Source: Oopsacas minuta (lineage: Eukaryota > Animalia > Porifera). From it: a DNA stretch of 64,000 bases. The stretch's first letter is position 1, and every line of letters starts with the position of its first letter. The notes beneath the pieces were generated by a model. That model did no database searches. It saw only the letters and a program-made list of their open reading frames with translations, and was not told the origin of the DNA. Position numbers and translations under genes: made by a program. The stretch is from NCBI GenBank assembly GCA_024704765.1, contig JAKMXF010000343.1, forward strand, positions 806,001 to 870,000, given 5' to 3'. This document shows positions 62,737 through 64,000 of this stretch, one piece after another.

Positions 62737-64000
62737 GGAATTGACCATACCCATAGATTAGTAGAAGGATAAATTATATTACGTTAAAATTAGAATACAC
62801 CGTCTCAAATCCGAACAACACTGTCACAATTGTAATATTGCATGGGGAATAGCAATTGCATAAACCAATACTATATGATATTTTCTCCAATATTCCGATT
62901 CCTCGCATCCTTCGTATATCCCGTCGTGTAGGAATCGAATTATCAAGTCAAAAATATATGCAATACAGAAAAATTAGAAGTGGACTATTCCCCATTTAAT
63001 TTAGAGATAAATCGAGATAAGAAGTGGAGATGATATACAATAGTCGCGAAGTAGTCAGACTGTAGAGTAAATTAGGTTCTAAAATACGTACGGTGAATGT
63101 ATAATTCAATATGTAGCAACCAATCAAACAGATACATAATGTTCGAGTGTGAATTGAGAAAAGACAAGTTCTGCAAAAGTAGGTGTGTCAAAATGTGAAG
63201 GTTGTTTGTTGGGACAATGAAGTCAATGTCTCAGGCAAAGCACATAAGTGCTCTATTAAAAGCGCTTAGAAGTCAAAAGAGGCACTTTGTTCTACTAATT
63301 CAAGCTATCCCAGTGCTCTAAGAAAAAGAAATACCTGGGTAGATGTATTATCTGTTGCTTCGTAAATTATCTCTGGCTCAGCTCGAGTACTTCTAAAAGA
63401 AAAATATGCATGAAACAAAACATACGTGGTAGTAACAAAAGACAGCCTACCTGGAAATTACTGAAGAATCACAAATATTGCTGCGGATATCATCTTCATA
63501 CTGGAAATTTGAAAAATCCTACATGAGAAATCTTGAGTTATGCAATGAAGAACAATGTTTGATAACTATTATCAATTCATGACAAATTAAAAGTTGTAGA
63601 CTCAAAGTTAAATAATAAAATCGTAAAATCGAAAACAAAATAATTTTAGCAGGAGGATAATTCGGAAAAGCTTTTGATAACAAATATGAAGAACATAAGT
63701 TTGTGTATCTAAATATAGAAGAGATTGACCTATGTAGGGCAGTCTTGAAAAGGCAAAAATATGAGCAGTTAATTTTATATTTTTACCGTATATACTCGAT
63801 GACTACTGTGTTGAATATTTAATCAAATGTGTTAGATATTTCGCAGGATTGGTTCTCCCCCTTGCTATTCGATTTGACACCTATTGTCACTTTTTGACTG
63901 TCAAACTTATGTCTGTACTCTTGTAAAAGTATGAAAAAAGGACAATAAATTTAGATCATTTGAAAGAGAATAATGTGAATTTCATAGTGCCTACGATGAA

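Noticed and set aside
63150-63480. Possible Copia integrase relic (CEGCLLG...DV....SGSAR..KTYV)
   Set aside because: Motif spacing is about twice the expected distance and the frames are broken, so there is insufficient support.
1-64000. Uni-strand (flamenco-like) piRNA cluster
   Set aside because: Transposase orientations are about balanced (about 9 plus, 11 minus), so there is no strand bias to support it.
1-64000. tRNA, rRNA, snRNA genes or CRISPR arrays
   Set aside because: I saw no cloverleaf or T-arm context, rRNA-like sequence or regularly spaced repeat-spacer array. The 6733-6852 array has no unique spacers and lies inside a transposon end.

Overview
This is AT-rich eukaryotic, animal-like nuclear DNA. 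By my boundary calls, about 41 of the 64 kb (about 65%) is cut-and-paste DNA transposon sequence. The families present are mariner (DD34D x3), maT (DD37D x2), DD37E x2, one DD35E Tc1, pogo/Tigger elements and their MITEs, four kinds of hAT (SPIN/GTF2IRD2-like x3, Buster-like, Tip100/ZMYM1-like, long-TIR hATm-like), Chapaev3-like CMC elements x3, a PIF/Harbinger relic and probable non-autonomous Helitrons. Almost all carry stops or frameshifts; one DD37E element (18800-20145) has an intact 356-aa transposase. The only host gene I recognise is MFAP1 (spliceosomal B-complex protein): three minus-strand exons at 25068-24961, 24809-24730 and 15787-15679, joined in frame across a 151-bp intron and an 8.9-kb TE-filled intron. 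I could not find its other exons in the window. The most striking structure is at 46.3-53.1 kb: two near-identical defective hAT copies lie tail-to-tail with reciprocally exchanged 8-bp target duplications, which indicates that the 340 bp between them was inverted. Both copies carry a 256-bp GT-AG intron that the related hAT at 42.8 kb lacks, and the pair forms a potential multi-kb hairpin. All calls were made by eye from the sequence and the ORF track; no database searches were run.
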